Of a stretch of 64,000 bases of DNA, positions 30,812-44,035 are shown in pieces. A program made the translations under genes and the position numbers. The notes beneath the pieces are model-generated. The model was given only the letters and a program-made list of their open reading frames with translations, was not told the DNA's origin and made no database searches. The DNA comes from Camelus ferus (Eukaryota), in assembly GCF_009834535.1 (NCBI RefSeq), contig NC_045697.1, forward strand, positions 114,020,001-114,084,000, given 5' to 3'. How positions within the stretch are numbered: position 1 is the stretch's first letter; each line of letters begins with the position of its first letter.

Positions 30812-32689
30812 GTAAGTAATGACTGCTTTAAGATTATTATACATTTATTTAAGTATAGAAGAAAAAAAAAACAGATTTGATGCTACTTTGAAAATATAGT
30901 TAAACATGAAAAAACAATGAAACTTCAAAATCTTCAGTATAATTTTAAAACCATTGTGAACCCTCTGGGAATTCCCCCAAGGCCATCGAAGATTCTCTCT
31001 TAAAATTTCCTTTCTTCATGTAGTGCTTTTGGAAACCTCAAGACAAATTTCTGTTTATCCCCTGAGCTGTCCCCATTGCCATCCTTCACCAAGCATTGTC
31101 CCTAAGAGTTGGTGTTCTGTCACGTCCAGAGTTAGCAAACGAATCTTCTCAAAATATGTTTTGTGGAGAACCAACAATTTAGTCACTGCCATCTCCTTTT
31201 ATTTTCTCTGAAAAAGCAAGAAAATGTTTATTTATATCTTAATAGTTGGAGATAACATTTCATCTGGCATAGTGTCAATGCTAGTCAGACATAAGGAGGC
31301 TCTTTTCCCCATGAAGACAATCCTAACTTTTGAAATACATTCACTGAGATGGTGAATTACTCTAAGTAGATTGTAATCCTTCGGTAAAACGTCACCCTGA
31401 GTGTGTGCTCCAGCGGATCATAATGATAGAACTTCACAGGTTGTTCCAGCTTACTCTTTCTGGCCTTTCCATTCAGGCACTGGCCCTTAGTCTTCATTTT
31501 AGACACTCATCCACCTGACCCTTCCCAAATGTGTCCTAGGACAGAGCCTGACTGGAGCAAAGCACAATTGCCCTGTTTTATTCCATCATTTTTGCATAAG
31601 GAAACATATTTATTACTTTTTTTTTAGACTTCTATACAAATAAATTTAAAACATGACTGTGGAGAAGTTACAAAGGTCACACGTACTCCTGAAATGATAA
31701 AAGGGCAGTTGTACCCCTGAGGGTCTCTACATTAATGATAATACCAGTCATGATTGCTTTTCACAAGTTCAACTATAACTATCTCTGCACATTATCCCAC
31801 AACTGACTGAGTGCCACCATTTTCCCCCCTTGTTTGATCATCTGTGTCTATATTACTGAAGAATATAAAAATTCATGCTTTCTTATTTTGCTAGGTATGT
31901 TTTATTCAAGTGAATTATGTAAGACTGTCCTTCCAGGAATTCCCAGATTGTGTTTTCTTTCAGCAAACTGAAACATGAATTGTTATTTTATATGTGAAAT
32001 CATTATCCTTATTTATCCTCAAAACACTCATATTAACTCAAAGTTTTGTATTTCTGTGTTGCCAAAGGGAATTTCTATTCCGAGATGGGCTGTGTGATGT
32101 TCATTCAAATGATGTATGCATTTTAAGCATACTGAGTGCACATCTTCCTTTTCATGAAGGGCCTCGTGTTTCAGATTAATCTTAAATCATATTTATAATT
32201 TTGCTATAATTGACATAAGTTTAGTATAGCTTTGTTTTTGATACCTGATTGTCTTGGAGTACATAAATTATATCGTCTGAAGTAGTACAAATTCTGTTTT
32301 TCCAGCCACCCTCTAGGAACGTGTTTTCTTTTATAACGTAATAAAATTGTCAAGATGATGTTTGTCACAGCTTTCATTGCTATTGGCTGACTCATGTCTC
32401 AGAACGCTCACATAATGTCTTCTAGACCACCGAGGTGTAAGTAAATCAGAGATACATGGTTGCATTAGGACTTAATGCCTCCCTCTGCTTAGAATAAATC
32501 TAATTTTTTTCTTGAATATTTATGGGAATCAGCCTGAAACATTATCTTACTGGAAACTATGAATAGCCATTTAAATGTGTTAAAGCAAGACTGAGAGGAA
32601 AAATCTGAGTCATAAAAGCAATAGTTTACCCATTATTAGATAACAAAAAATTCTGAAAATTAAATACTGTACATTTCCTCATCATTAAT

Positions 32690-33060
32690 AGTTGAATTGT
32701 GAGCTGTACCCTCACTTGATGTTAATAACCAATTCTCAGCCAGTAATTCTCTGGATTTCCTGATTAATCGGTAATCTCATTTGCTAGAACACGTTTATTG
32801 CACTGTCAAGCATGTATACAGAGAGCCTTTAATCTTCTAATTTTCTGCATTTGGTGCCTATTTCTGCTTAAAATAGCAATTCCAACCTCAAGATACCAGT
32901 GACCTGAAATTACATTAACTGGCAAAGCACGCCAATGAAAATCAATCTGTGTTTTTTCTGTGTACATGGAGATAAATGTTGAAATGTTTGGAAACTTGCA
33001 ATTCTATCAGTGATTATTTGACACTTGTACATGCTCTTATTCTATTGTTATTTTGAGATA
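32690..33060. promoter_or_regulatory. Putative conserved non-coding enhancer block
   Basis: No recognisable repeat; TGATTAAT 32761-32768, TTTATTG 32794-32800, CTGTCA 32803-32808. Confidence 0.3.
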
Positions 33061-36000
33061 GCATACAAATCCATATGTTACATATTCTAAAATGATATTT
33101 ATATGGAATTCCACTAACAAGGTGAATTTCGGTTCAGTAGTCAGTATGTTATTGGATTCTCCAACTCATTTCCACCTTAATATTGCCTATTATTCAATGA
33201 GACAGACTAATCTCTATTTAGTACACAATTCTGAGGTTTACACTTGTTTAAGATACCCTTCCTGAAAGTTACATTAAAGATTATAGCAGAAAAATGAAGA
33301 CGGTCCCATGGGTGTGCAAGAAGGATGGACTACCCAGGAAGCCATATTTCACTCTGTTCTCCAGGGACAGGCTGATATGTTAAAATGAAGTGCATTGTGG
33401 GTTTAAAACCCATTGAGAATTTTATAAATATTATCAAGAAATGATTTCTTTTGAAGAATAGTTCTACTCTTAAGGAGCACAACAAATCAGTTATCCTCTG
33501 CCACGATTTCTCAGGGGAGTTTTTAAATTTCTGTTTGGTTTATTCAGGCCTATTTAAGAGCATCTCTCCAGAGGTCTTAAGTGATAAAACAGTAACAGTT
33601 TCTGAGGAAATTTTAAATAAGCCTCACTTTACAAATAGCTTCAAAATTCTGTCAACGTAATTGAGTCTTTAATTTGCCAAAATGGTTTGAAGTTTTACTA
33701 CAATTAGAAGGATTAAATCACTGTGGAAAGTTTGCACCTGGTTACACTGTGGCGTTACCTCAGGATCATCTTTGCCCTCGTTCTGCCAATAAAAGAATGT
33801 TTATCCATTCACCAAAAAGATCCAATAGCTTTTATCACACAGTTTTCCCTCCTCTCTTCTCAGCTGGATGTTCTTGGCTTCTCGCATTCAGATCTGATAA
33901 AACAAAGTATGTTGCCCTTTCATCACTAGCTATATTGTTGTTAAGAGTCTACGCTGGCGGGACACTGAGGACTAAAGTGTGTTTCGTGCTAGTCATTTAC
34001 ATGTTATGAACATGTGTCTTTGGCAAATGTCTAATAATGTCAGATGCTCTGCTGAGCTTTTTACATATATTATCTCATTTTCATCCTCAGGCACACATTA
34101 TAGGCAACAATGAGCATCCAAGTATGTCAGCATTTTGAGAAATCATATCCAAAGCAAATAATTCAGATCAATATTATCGTTTTTGCTCTGTCTTAAAAGG
34201 GGTCATACTTTAATCAATCACCAATTGTACATTAGGTAAATTTACCATACTGTTTTTAGAAATGCTTTCTACATTTTCATGGATTTGACACATATGAGTT
34301 TTATTGTCTATGCATGATTTTTCTTTAATGTCATGCTTACAAATATTTTTATACTGCTAATTTATATAAAAACTGCTCAGTACTTTGTAACTTTAAGAAA
34401 AAAAATTAGATCATGGTACATGCAACCTGGTAACATTCTAAGGGACAGATGTAAGGCTCATGTCAGCTTGTTCACCAAATACTTGTGATCTTTCACAAAC
34501 GACTTAACACTTCCAGAAGTGATTCCTCTTTTATGGTAAATATTAGCCTAACACAGCCTGTAATATCAAAAGTTCCTGCCTGTTTGAAATTCTGATGTTT
34601 ATACTTCTATAAGGACATTGGACAATGCTATTATTACAATTACGCATCCTTCAAAACTCTGTAATTCTCAACAGGATTCCACATGGTAAATATTATGTCA
34701 GATACATTTGTGTATACGAAAAGGTAAGCTGCACAGTTTCTCTTCCTATGGTACATGCATTCTCATGTATACTGAACAATAACAGAAAATATTATGTAAG
34801 ACCATACTTCATCAAATTAAAAGAATGTGAGACAATAGATGCTGTTACAGAATTATGAAGCCTGCAGTCTTTCTACACACAAATGCACATACAAGCGCTT
34901 TTCTATGTACTTTTTATACACTCATACATTCAGATTCTCTGTTATTTCCTACATCACCAGATTGGCAACTGAGAGCACTAAAAATAGTCAGATATACAGG
35001 GATATATATATTTCCATTGGGCAGAAGGGGCGTTGCTATGAGATTGGAATGCTAAACGCCTAATTTGGGCTGCCTGAATATTCAGGGCTCTTTAACCCAA
35101 ATTCCCTGACTTTCTGAGGTCAGTTCACTCCTTCCAGGTCAGGGACGGTGAGGGGATAGAAACTGATCTTCAAATTCTTGTTCATTAAAGCCACTGAATA
35201 TATTAACAAATGAAAAGATCATATAAAACAGAAAGATGGTAAATCATGTAGATGAGCCATGTATGAGACTGTTCTAATTGTTGCATTTCTTTATGTTTAA
35301 GAAATAAAATAGAGCCAGCACAGCAAGTCATACCTGCAATGGAAATTCTTACCATTAAATGAAATTCAGAGTCACTATATTTTTTAATGGATTACAATAT
35401 CATGCGTTATGAATGTTAGGTTCCGTGGTATTCAGTTCAGAAAGTTATTGCTGAGACAAATAACCATTTACTGGATTTATGAAAACTGTGGTGTTGGACC
35501 ATCCGAGTCCATAGTTATTTATACAATCCTTAGAAAGTCCAAGTGCCTAAGAGATAAGAAAACTCACCTCTAGAAAATGTCCACTGAAGGACTGGCTTCT
35601 TCGCTCATTTGCTTGCTTTTGGCGAACTGTGATGTTGGATAAACCCCTGACAAGTACACCTAGAGCAGACGTGTGATAATAATTCTTAAAAAATAATTTA
35701 ATGTTGTAAAAGGTTGTGAAGAAACGATAATTACTTTATATATATTTTATGCCGCACTGGTTGCATTATATCAGAACAATTCTGTTTCCACTCTATTTGT
35801 TTCTTTTTTAAATGCACTTTTGAAATTAGATGGGGTCAAATACATTCTTATGAGTAATTATTGCACCTTGCAGCAAAACATCAATGTCATATATACACAG
35901 CTTAGTAGTGACCGACTGGCCACTCTAATTACTAACATGAGCCCCTCAAATATCTAAATCCATTTTGCTCTATTCCTAACTTAACAATATAAATACAAAT

Positions 36001-36941
36001 TGATTGCAGAGTAAGCAATTAAAAATGTGATTTCCAATTATTGCAAACACATTGCCAGACTTTTCTGATTTTATTAGCTGAAATCTGTTGCATTTCTGAT
36101 CTTCCACTATTAGAAAAAAAGTGTCAAGTCTCTTTATGTGAGTTATATTTTGTGAGTTCTTGTGTTAAAGTGAGTAGAGTCTTTGAGACAAAAACAACAC
36201 ATAGATGCAAATTCTGGAAGCCATTATATACGCAAGACAGTCATAGTTACTTGGACAAACTTTCAAACGTATAACAATTTAAGTCCTAATGTATAACTCC
36301 ATAAAAGAAAAAAAAAAAGAATGAATGGAAATATATTCACTACAGATAACCTAAAATGATGTCCCCAAATGTCCTCCTGAATAAATTTTAAGTAGGAATT
36401 TCACTGTAAGTAATAACTTCTCAGGGAATTAAGGTATTATCCATGCTCCATTCTTTAAAGAAACTCATTTATGCAACTTGGTCCAGTTTTAGAAGATCTT
36501 GTCTCATGATCTCCTCCCACAGCAAACAGGAAGACAAAAGTCCTTCCCACCTAAAGGTAATATTATCATTGACCAGAAGAGGTTTCCAAAAGGATCTGAT
36601 TCTGTGTCTCATTTATGCCAAGAAGGGCTCAGTGTATATTATACATTGTCTTTCCCCATCCGTGTTACATACATTCTCTAGTTTTCACAAGGATACCAGT
36701 ATATACTTTCCTTCAACGGGCCATTGATTTTGGTTTCAGGATGATTAATTTTGCAGCTCCCTTTGCCCATCAGGAGGCAGTGCTATTTAAAAGAAATCAA
36801 GGTGTAATAGGGAAAAAAAAGGGGGTGTAATAGGTTTGATGAGGTTGGGAAAACAACCCAGAATTACTGGATTTGATTTTTTTAAGAAATAATGATTTAA
36901 TGCTGCGTGTAATATCAAATAAATATTGTTCAGGTTTTTCT

Positions 36942-37941
36942 CTTTTTTTTCTTTTCTTTTTTTTTAATGAAGTATAATCAGATTACAATGTTGTGTTGAT
37001 TTCTGGTGTGCAGCACAATGTTTCAGCCATACATACATATACATAGATTTCATTTCTTTTTCATTATAGGTTACTACAAGATATTGAATATGGTTCCCTG
37101 TGCTACACAATAGGACCCTATTGTTTATTTTATATCCAGTAGTTAGTATCTGCAAATCTCAAACTTCCAATTTATCCCTTCCAAACCCCTCTCCACCTAG
37201 TAACCATAAGTTTGTTTTCTATGTGAGTTTGTTTCTGTTTTGTAAATAAGTTCATCTGTGTCTATTTTTTTTAGATTCCACATATGAGTGGTATCATATG
37301 GTATTTGTCTTTCTCTGTCTGGCTTACTTCACTTAGAATGATGAACTCCAGGTCCATCCATGTTGCTGTAAATGGCATTATTTAGCTCTTCTTTATGGCT
37401 GAGTAGTAGTGCATTGTATAAATACACCACATCTTATTTATCCAGTCATCTGTTGATGGACATTTAGGTTGTTTCCATGTCTTGGCTACTGTAAATAGTG
37501 CTGCTATGAACATTGAGGTGCATATATCTTTTCCAATTAAAGATCTCTCCAGATATATGACCAGTAGGGGGAATTGCTGGATCATATATGGTAAGTTTAG
37601 TTTTTTGGGGACTCTCCATACTGTTCTCCATAGTGGCTGCCCCAAACTACACTCCCACCAACAATGTAGGAGGGTTCCCTTTTCTCTATACCCTCTCCAG
37701 CATTTATCTTTTGTGGACTTTTGAAAGATGGCCATTCTGACTGGTATGAACTGATACCTCATCGAAATTTTGATTTGCATTTCTCTGATAATTAGTGATA
37801 CTGAGTATTGGAAAAATGCTTGTTTAGGTCTGCCCATTTTTGGATTGGGTTGTTTGTTTTTTTGTTATTAAGTTGTATGAGCTGTTTATATATTCTAGAA
37901 AATAAGCCCTTGTCAGTCGCATCCTTTGCAAATATTTTCTC
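36942..37941 (-). mobile_element. 5'-truncated young L1 (~1 kb: ORF2 end, 3' UTR, A tail)
   Basis: Poly-T at left end, peptide [19 protein letters not shown], 15-bp TSD tgttcagg(t/c)ttttct at 36927-36941 and 37942-37956. Confidence 0.95.
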
Positions 37942-39139
37942 TGTTCAGGCTTTTCTTTACATAGTTTATTATCATTTTTCTTTTTTTTCCTTCTTTGTTT
38001 TTTTTTTAACCTGCTCACTAACATCCCAGCCCTGGTCTTCCCTTCAATCATGAATACAAAATATCTTTATTCTAGACTCTTAACAGAGTTCAATGGTTTC
38101 CAAAAGATTTTTTTTTAACTTCACATGCTGTCTCCTGAAATAGCTGAATATCATGTTTCAAGAAATTTCTAGTAATATTAACCGAAATGTGTTTTATGGC
38201 TTCATTTATTTAGCTTACAGCAGTATCTTCACTTACGTGCAATTAACTGGTTAGCCTTTGTGAAAGAATAATTTTTGTAATGGTCATGTGAACATGACTT
38301 TTTTTTTCTTTTTGGCAAAAGACTGTCTTATCTTCCAATGAACAACTGTATGGTCTGTGAGTTTTCCCTTTTTGCTTTGTCTCCCCTGTCAATTAAACAT
38401 GACATTTGAGTTTATTAAATAAACTATATTTACTTGACTTTTTAAAAAATATATATGTCTTCTTTTTTACCCAAGGTCTCAACCTAACATTCAATGTAGT
38501 CATTTTTAATATTTCATATTTTTTTTCAATTTTTTTTAAATTATGAAGGATATACATTTTATGTAAAGATAATTTTTGACTCTGTAAGTGATGTTATGTT
38601 CAATGACTTCTATGAGGCAAAGTAGACATGCATTTCTTTGTCGGATTGTGATGGATTAGACTGTGATAGATTAGTTAATTTGAAGTTTTACCTATTATGT
38701 CAAAGATCATATAATTTCCCTTTTAAATATCTATAAATGGTATTTCACAGTTTTAAGTCATTATATGGGTAATAATAATGATTTAGATAAAAAGCTATAA
38801 ATGTTTTTACTGGAAAATAATGCCTATCATTCTACTAAAATTAACTATCCTTGTTCCTTAAATTGGTGGACAGGATTTCTGATCCACTGGACATTGAAGA
38901 ATAAGGAAAAACTCTGGTCAAATATGCCCTGTGATATTGTGAAATTTTACATAATCCTCTAGCAATGCATGCATTTGCTTTATTAAGCATTTCCATTGTA
39001 TTTAACCAAAGATCTCTTTCTTCCTCTCTGCTCAGCCACCTTTCAGGAAAGAGCTATTATCATTCCAAGCGTTAGAGTTACATGAACCACATTCTCAGAA
39101 GCACTGATTTATGTAACACTTTTCAGGATATATCATGGG

Positions 39140-39310
39140 GTTTAGACTCAGCACATTAAGCTCAATTATATATCTCCCCACTTTAGGACTCTTAATCTCC
39201 TTTTCTCTCCTGTAATATAAATATACTGCCAAGAGCTGCTTTAAGGATTAAATGAGGTAAAGTACAGAACCCTTTAGAGTGCAATGAAAAGTTCTTGGTT
39301 TATGTGAGTT
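39140..39310 (+). mobile_element. MIR fragment
   Basis: ctgctttaaggattaaatgaggtaaagtacagaaccctt resembles the MIR core/tail. Confidence 0.5.
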
Positions 39311-40355
39311 CTTATCTCAACATGTTTTGCAATGTCTATAATTATTTTCGAGTTACATCCATGGTAGACATTAATTTTTTTAAAAAAAGGTTTAATTTAC
39401 AAAATGTTAAGATTAGAGGTCAAGATGCATTGATTTTATTTTGCCTCATTATTTTATATAATTCTAAATTAAAATCCACATATTTTCCCTACTGGAAGAT
39501 ATAAAATAATCTCCAGGTGGCCTGTCATATTTCTTAGACTAATGTTCTTACCGGGTCCCGGTCAAGATGCATGAGGTTGCATGGAAGAAAAAGTATAGAG
39601 CAATGCAGTGGACCTTGCTTTGAACATAAACACAGATAGAAGATTATATGTTCTGATGGTATGAATTTATGTTTTAAGGGCTTCTATTAAATTTGAAGAA
39701 ATTCATGAGAACTTTTAAAAAACTAATGTAACCCACTGATTTAAAAGTTAACTAACTATTGCTTCAATTAGAAATTGCCGCTTGCTGTTAGAAATATTGT
39801 GTTCAGGTTAGCCTGCCCCAAGAATTCAGAAAAGAAGATATGGTAAGTACAGTTGTATTCAATAACAAAGCCTCATCTAACCAACATTTGGGAATTTAAA
39901 TATTAGAAATGAAGTTAGAAGCCAGGGAAATTAAGATTAAGGAACAAGTTTTGGCCTCAAGGAGGCAAGTAATACTAGCTGTGAGTTTGGGAGCTAGGGC
40001 TTAGGACAGACAAACGCAGTCACCAAAAAAGTGTGATAGATCATTTGGTAAAGGCACAGAATGCTATGTAAGCTCCCAGGGAAGGTGAAGTGTGGGGAGG
40101 GAATGTGGGAATGGACTTTTAAAAAAGACTTGCATTTTCTTCTTATAGGGGGAGAAGATCTTGTCTAGAAGAACAGGGAGGAATAAGGGAAGTGAAAAAT
40201 GAGGGAAGATATTCCAGGTTGTGGGGGCTCAGTGAATTACAGATATTTAAATATTCACGTGAGGCTGATGAGAAACAAAGGAGACATCAGTACACACCAG
40301 AATGGATTCATAGAGTAATTTGAAACTAGAAAAGTATTGGTAGAAAATTTGGTGG

Positions 40356-40875
40356 TGTTATCAAGTCCAAACTCATTCTGCTGGCCGCACGACAGGCCAG
40401 TTAATTGGGAGATGAGGTGTTGGGGCAAGGAATAGTGACCTTATTCAGAAAGCCAGCAGACAAAGAAGATGGGAAACTGATGTCCCAGAGAACCCTCTTT
40501 CCTAAGTCAAAATTCAGGCTCCTTTTACTCTAAAAAGGGCAGGAGGGTGTGGCTGGTTGTTGCAAATTTCTTGGTGTCAGAATTCTTTGTTCTTGTAGCT
40601 GTCCACCTGGGTCAGGTCATGGTGTCCCTGTAAATCTCCAACAAGACAATTGTTATTTTCTATTCTGCAACTTTTTATCTCTATATGAATGGGAAAGTAT
40701 TAACCCTTAAAGATCAGAGCCTTAAGAATGGGCTCTCCTGTCTATTTCAGGCTCTAGGCAACATTCTATTACAAAACTTGCAGAACCAGCATGATTCAGC
40801 ACAGGAAACAGAGCACAGGGTTAGAGCCAAAGGAACAGATCTACTATGAAGTCAGATTTGTTCTTCACTCCTACA
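40356..40875 (-). mobile_element. Solo LTR, ERV1 class, MER41-like (copy 2)
   Basis: TG...CA termini, perfect 4-bp TSD GTGG (40352-40355 / 40876-40879); homologous to copies 1 and 3. Confidence 0.92.
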
Positions 40876-41099
40876 GTGGCAAAAATAATGCATGTGTGAG
40901 GCTATCGCCCAGGCTAGACAGAAGGCTAATACTGATTAATAGGTACAGCATTGAGAAATACTGGGTACAAGCTCAGCAGTTTTCCAGTTTGATAAGCTGC
41001 AAGTTTTTCTTCCATTTTCTGAAATCATGATTCCATTTTTCCCCTTACAACAAGCAGAGCAAAACCTGAGAGCTGCACGATGATATGAAATCAGTTTTG

Positions 41100-41302
41100 C
41101 TTGGTGCCTGAGCACTTAGGCTCTAGGACCACAGTGAGCTTCTATCCTGGGTCTGCCACTAGACCTGTGTGACTATGGAAAATTATCTGACCTTCATAGA
41201 ATAATGTCCCCACTTGTATTACCCCTAAAATGGCATAATAACATTCCCTTCCTGATGAGTTTGTTCTGACGATTTAATGATTTATTAAATACAGAGCACT
41301 TA
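41100..41302 (+). mobile_element. MIR, continuing at ~42039-42080 after the LTR40 insertion
   Basis: tcctgggtctgccactagacctgtgtgactatggaaaattatct...gatttaatga...acagagcactta; tail resumes as gagcacaaaaaggtacccaataaa. Confidence 0.65.
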
Positions 41303-42038
41303 TGGGGAACAGTCTGAGATTTTACCCTCTTCACCAACTAATTAGCAAGTGAGCCTCACTCTTCTGGATGCTGGCAGAAGTCATTAGGCTTCCATTTCAG
41401 AAGCAAAAGAACAGTTACTTCCTCCCGGCCGTAAAAGTAGCCAGAGTACCAGGACTTGGGCCGATCCCAATGGGGTGACGGGAAGAGGACCACGTGATGC
41501 CTGCAAGTGCAACAGTTTGCTTTCCAGGAGAGAACCACCACCCCCACCTGCCCAGCTTAGGAAACCCAGGCGTTTTATAATGGACAGGAAGTGCACCTGA
41601 CATTTGACTGCAGAGAGATGTGTTATTATTACACCTGACAAGTAAGCACACTTGCTTCCAGTTCCAGAGGGAGGTACTCTTTCTATTTCTAAGGATATTC
41701 ACCATTCAAAATCCCTGAAAAGAAAATTAGGAGATCACAATTTGCAGATACACACTATATGTTATAAAAGAGATAAACAACAAGGTCCTACTGCATAGCA
41801 TAGGGAACTATATTCGATATCTTGTAATAGCCTATAATGAAAATGAATATGAAAAGGAATATATATACGTATAACTGAATCACTGTGTTGTACACCAGAA
41901 ATTAACACAACATTGTAAACCAACTGCACTTCAATATGGGGTAAAAAAAGTCAAGTCTGAAATAATAAATAAAAAAGTGTCTCTTCTCTCAAGACATGCA
42001 GTAATGCAAGAGACTCATGAAGAATTTTCTCTCAGAGA
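41303..42038 (-). mobile_element. LTR40-like ERVL solo LTR interrupted by an L1 fragment
   Basis: Reverse complement begins gagagaaaattcttcatgagtctcttgc and includes cttctgccagcatcc...gggtaaaatctcagac; 5-bp TSD ACTTA (41298-41302 / 42039-42043). Confidence 0.75.
41722..41950 (+). mobile_element. L1 3' UTR fragment nested in the LTR40
   Basis: gataaacaacaaggtcctactgcatagcatagggaactatattc...gtacaccagaaattaacacaacattg. Confidence 0.88.
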
Positions 42039-42753
42039 ACTTAGAGTGGTAGGAGCACAAAAAGGTACCCAATAAACCTTTATAATTGCCACCACCATTG
42101 CCATCATTCTCATTCAGAGAGTAATTTGAGAGAGGAATTTGAGAGAGGGTGTTACCCTCTAGGCTGCAAGTGAATGTACAATAGAGCATCTATCCGGCTC
42201 ACCTATTTACAGCCTCTCTGTTGATGTTTCATGGAAGGGGCATGTTTCTGAATTTGCTTTGAAGGTAAAAGAATTACATAAACATACAGCCTATAGATGG
42301 ATGCATAGAGAAATACACGTATATTTTTTTCTCTCCAGAAAGTTAATGTGTCATCATTTAAAAAATCAAATTCAGAAGTTAAAAAGAAAAATTACAGTAA
42401 TTCACAGTGATTCACCTACGTAAGTTGCTTCAGTTGCTTTATCTTGCTTTATATATATGTGCGTGTGTGTATATAGATATGAATAGTTAACGTTTATGAG
42501 TACTTTTTTATTGCTAGCTCTTCTGCTAAGTGCTTTCCGTGTATTATATAACTCTCAGAAGAATATTATATACTAAGAAGAGAGTACATTTTACTGATAA
42601 TCTATCTGTCTAAAAATGACCGTCATTAACAGTTTGGTATGTGTGAATTCAGAAAAATTTTACATGCATATATTTCTGCAAATAAAACTCCCAGTATTCT
42701 TCTTTTGGAAGTTTTCATGTATACGCTTGTTTCTCAAAACTTTGCAAAGACTC

Positions 42754-43261
42754 TGTGGTGGATTCTGTGAATTGGTTCACTCAACAACCATTTTAAGCCC
42801 CAATTAGCATGCTTTCTTTTTATAGACTTTTTACAGAGTCTAGGAAATTGAGAGCTTCATTTCCCAGATTCCCTTGCAGTTAGCTTTCTGAGTCTATTTT
42901 AGGTTTCTCTAATCAAATTCATGCAAGCATTATCCTTGTATGAAACTCCTGTTGGAACACAAGGACAGTTTGGTGGGTTGGGGAGAAATGTTCCTTTCCC
43001 GGATAACGGCAAAGGTGGTGTAGTTCCGAATCTCGCCACTAGGGGGATAACTTCCTGTTGAGGGTTGGTCCGGATGATGGCAAAGGCAGCAACCCTTTGG
43101 CATTCCAGTTCTGATGGGTTTTAGAAGTTATTTCTAAAAGCTTAGTATACGACCCTTTTCTTCAGTCCTGTGCGCTATTTCCTATATCCTTTCATAAAGA
43201 TCTTTCACTTAAATTAAATAGTTCAGATACTGCTGTCTGTAGCAAAGTCTTGATCGATACA
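42754..43261 (+). mobile_element. LTR33-like ERVL LTR
   Basis: Starts tgtggtggatt, contains catttcccagattcccttgcagttag, ends gataca; no clear TSD. Confidence 0.6.
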
Positions 43262-43529
43262 TCCATCCAGCCTAGGGATCTGGTATGGAAAAAGTCAGGT
43301 GCCAAGGGATTATCAGAGATCTATTTGCCAGATCTTTGGGAAAGACTCCAGAAGAAAACCAATCTGCAAAGCTGACGCAGGCAACAACAGCCAGGAGGCA
43401 CCAGCTGTTAAAATCAAATTGCAGAAAAAAATATACATATATTGTTCAGGAAAATGTAAAAGGAGATGGTCCTATGTAGCTGGCAAGTGTAACAGTAGGA
43501 GTTCTCAAGTCAGACATAATGATGGCTCA

Positions 43530-43670
43530 TACAGTCACTTATTCAAACTCTTCAGTCTTTTGTGTTGAGCATCAAATATGTGCCAAATACAGTTCTGGTC
43601 CTGGAGATATAGTAGTGGACAAAACAGGAAAAATACAGTGTCTTCCTGGATGTTAGGCTGCAGCTCCTAG
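43530..43670 (-). mobile_element. L2 3' end fragment
   Basis: gttgagcatcaaatatgtgccaaatacagttctggtcctggagatatagtagtggacaaaacag. Confidence 0.7.
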
Positions 43671-44035
43671 GAAACCTGCCCATGCCACAGGATAGTGCTA
43701 CTTTCAAAAAAAAAAAAAAAAAAAATCTAAAGTCCCATAAAAAGTACAGGCAGCTTTTCTTCTCCTCTCTTCCACTAACCATCTCTATCTCAGCTCCTGC
43801 CTGAAACTTTGGGTGAGACACCAATACTAATGAGTGGTGGAGGCAGAAGGGTAGATAGAGCTGGAAAATTCGAATCCAGGCAACACATAAGGATAAACTC
43901 CATCCTGGAGAGGTTAAACCACTGCTACCTTGAAATTACCCTCCTACCAAGCTGTCAAACCTTACACTAGAAATTATTTCCAGTTATGCAAAATACATCT
44001 CTCTCTCTCTTTTTTTTTTTTTTTTACTGTGCTCA

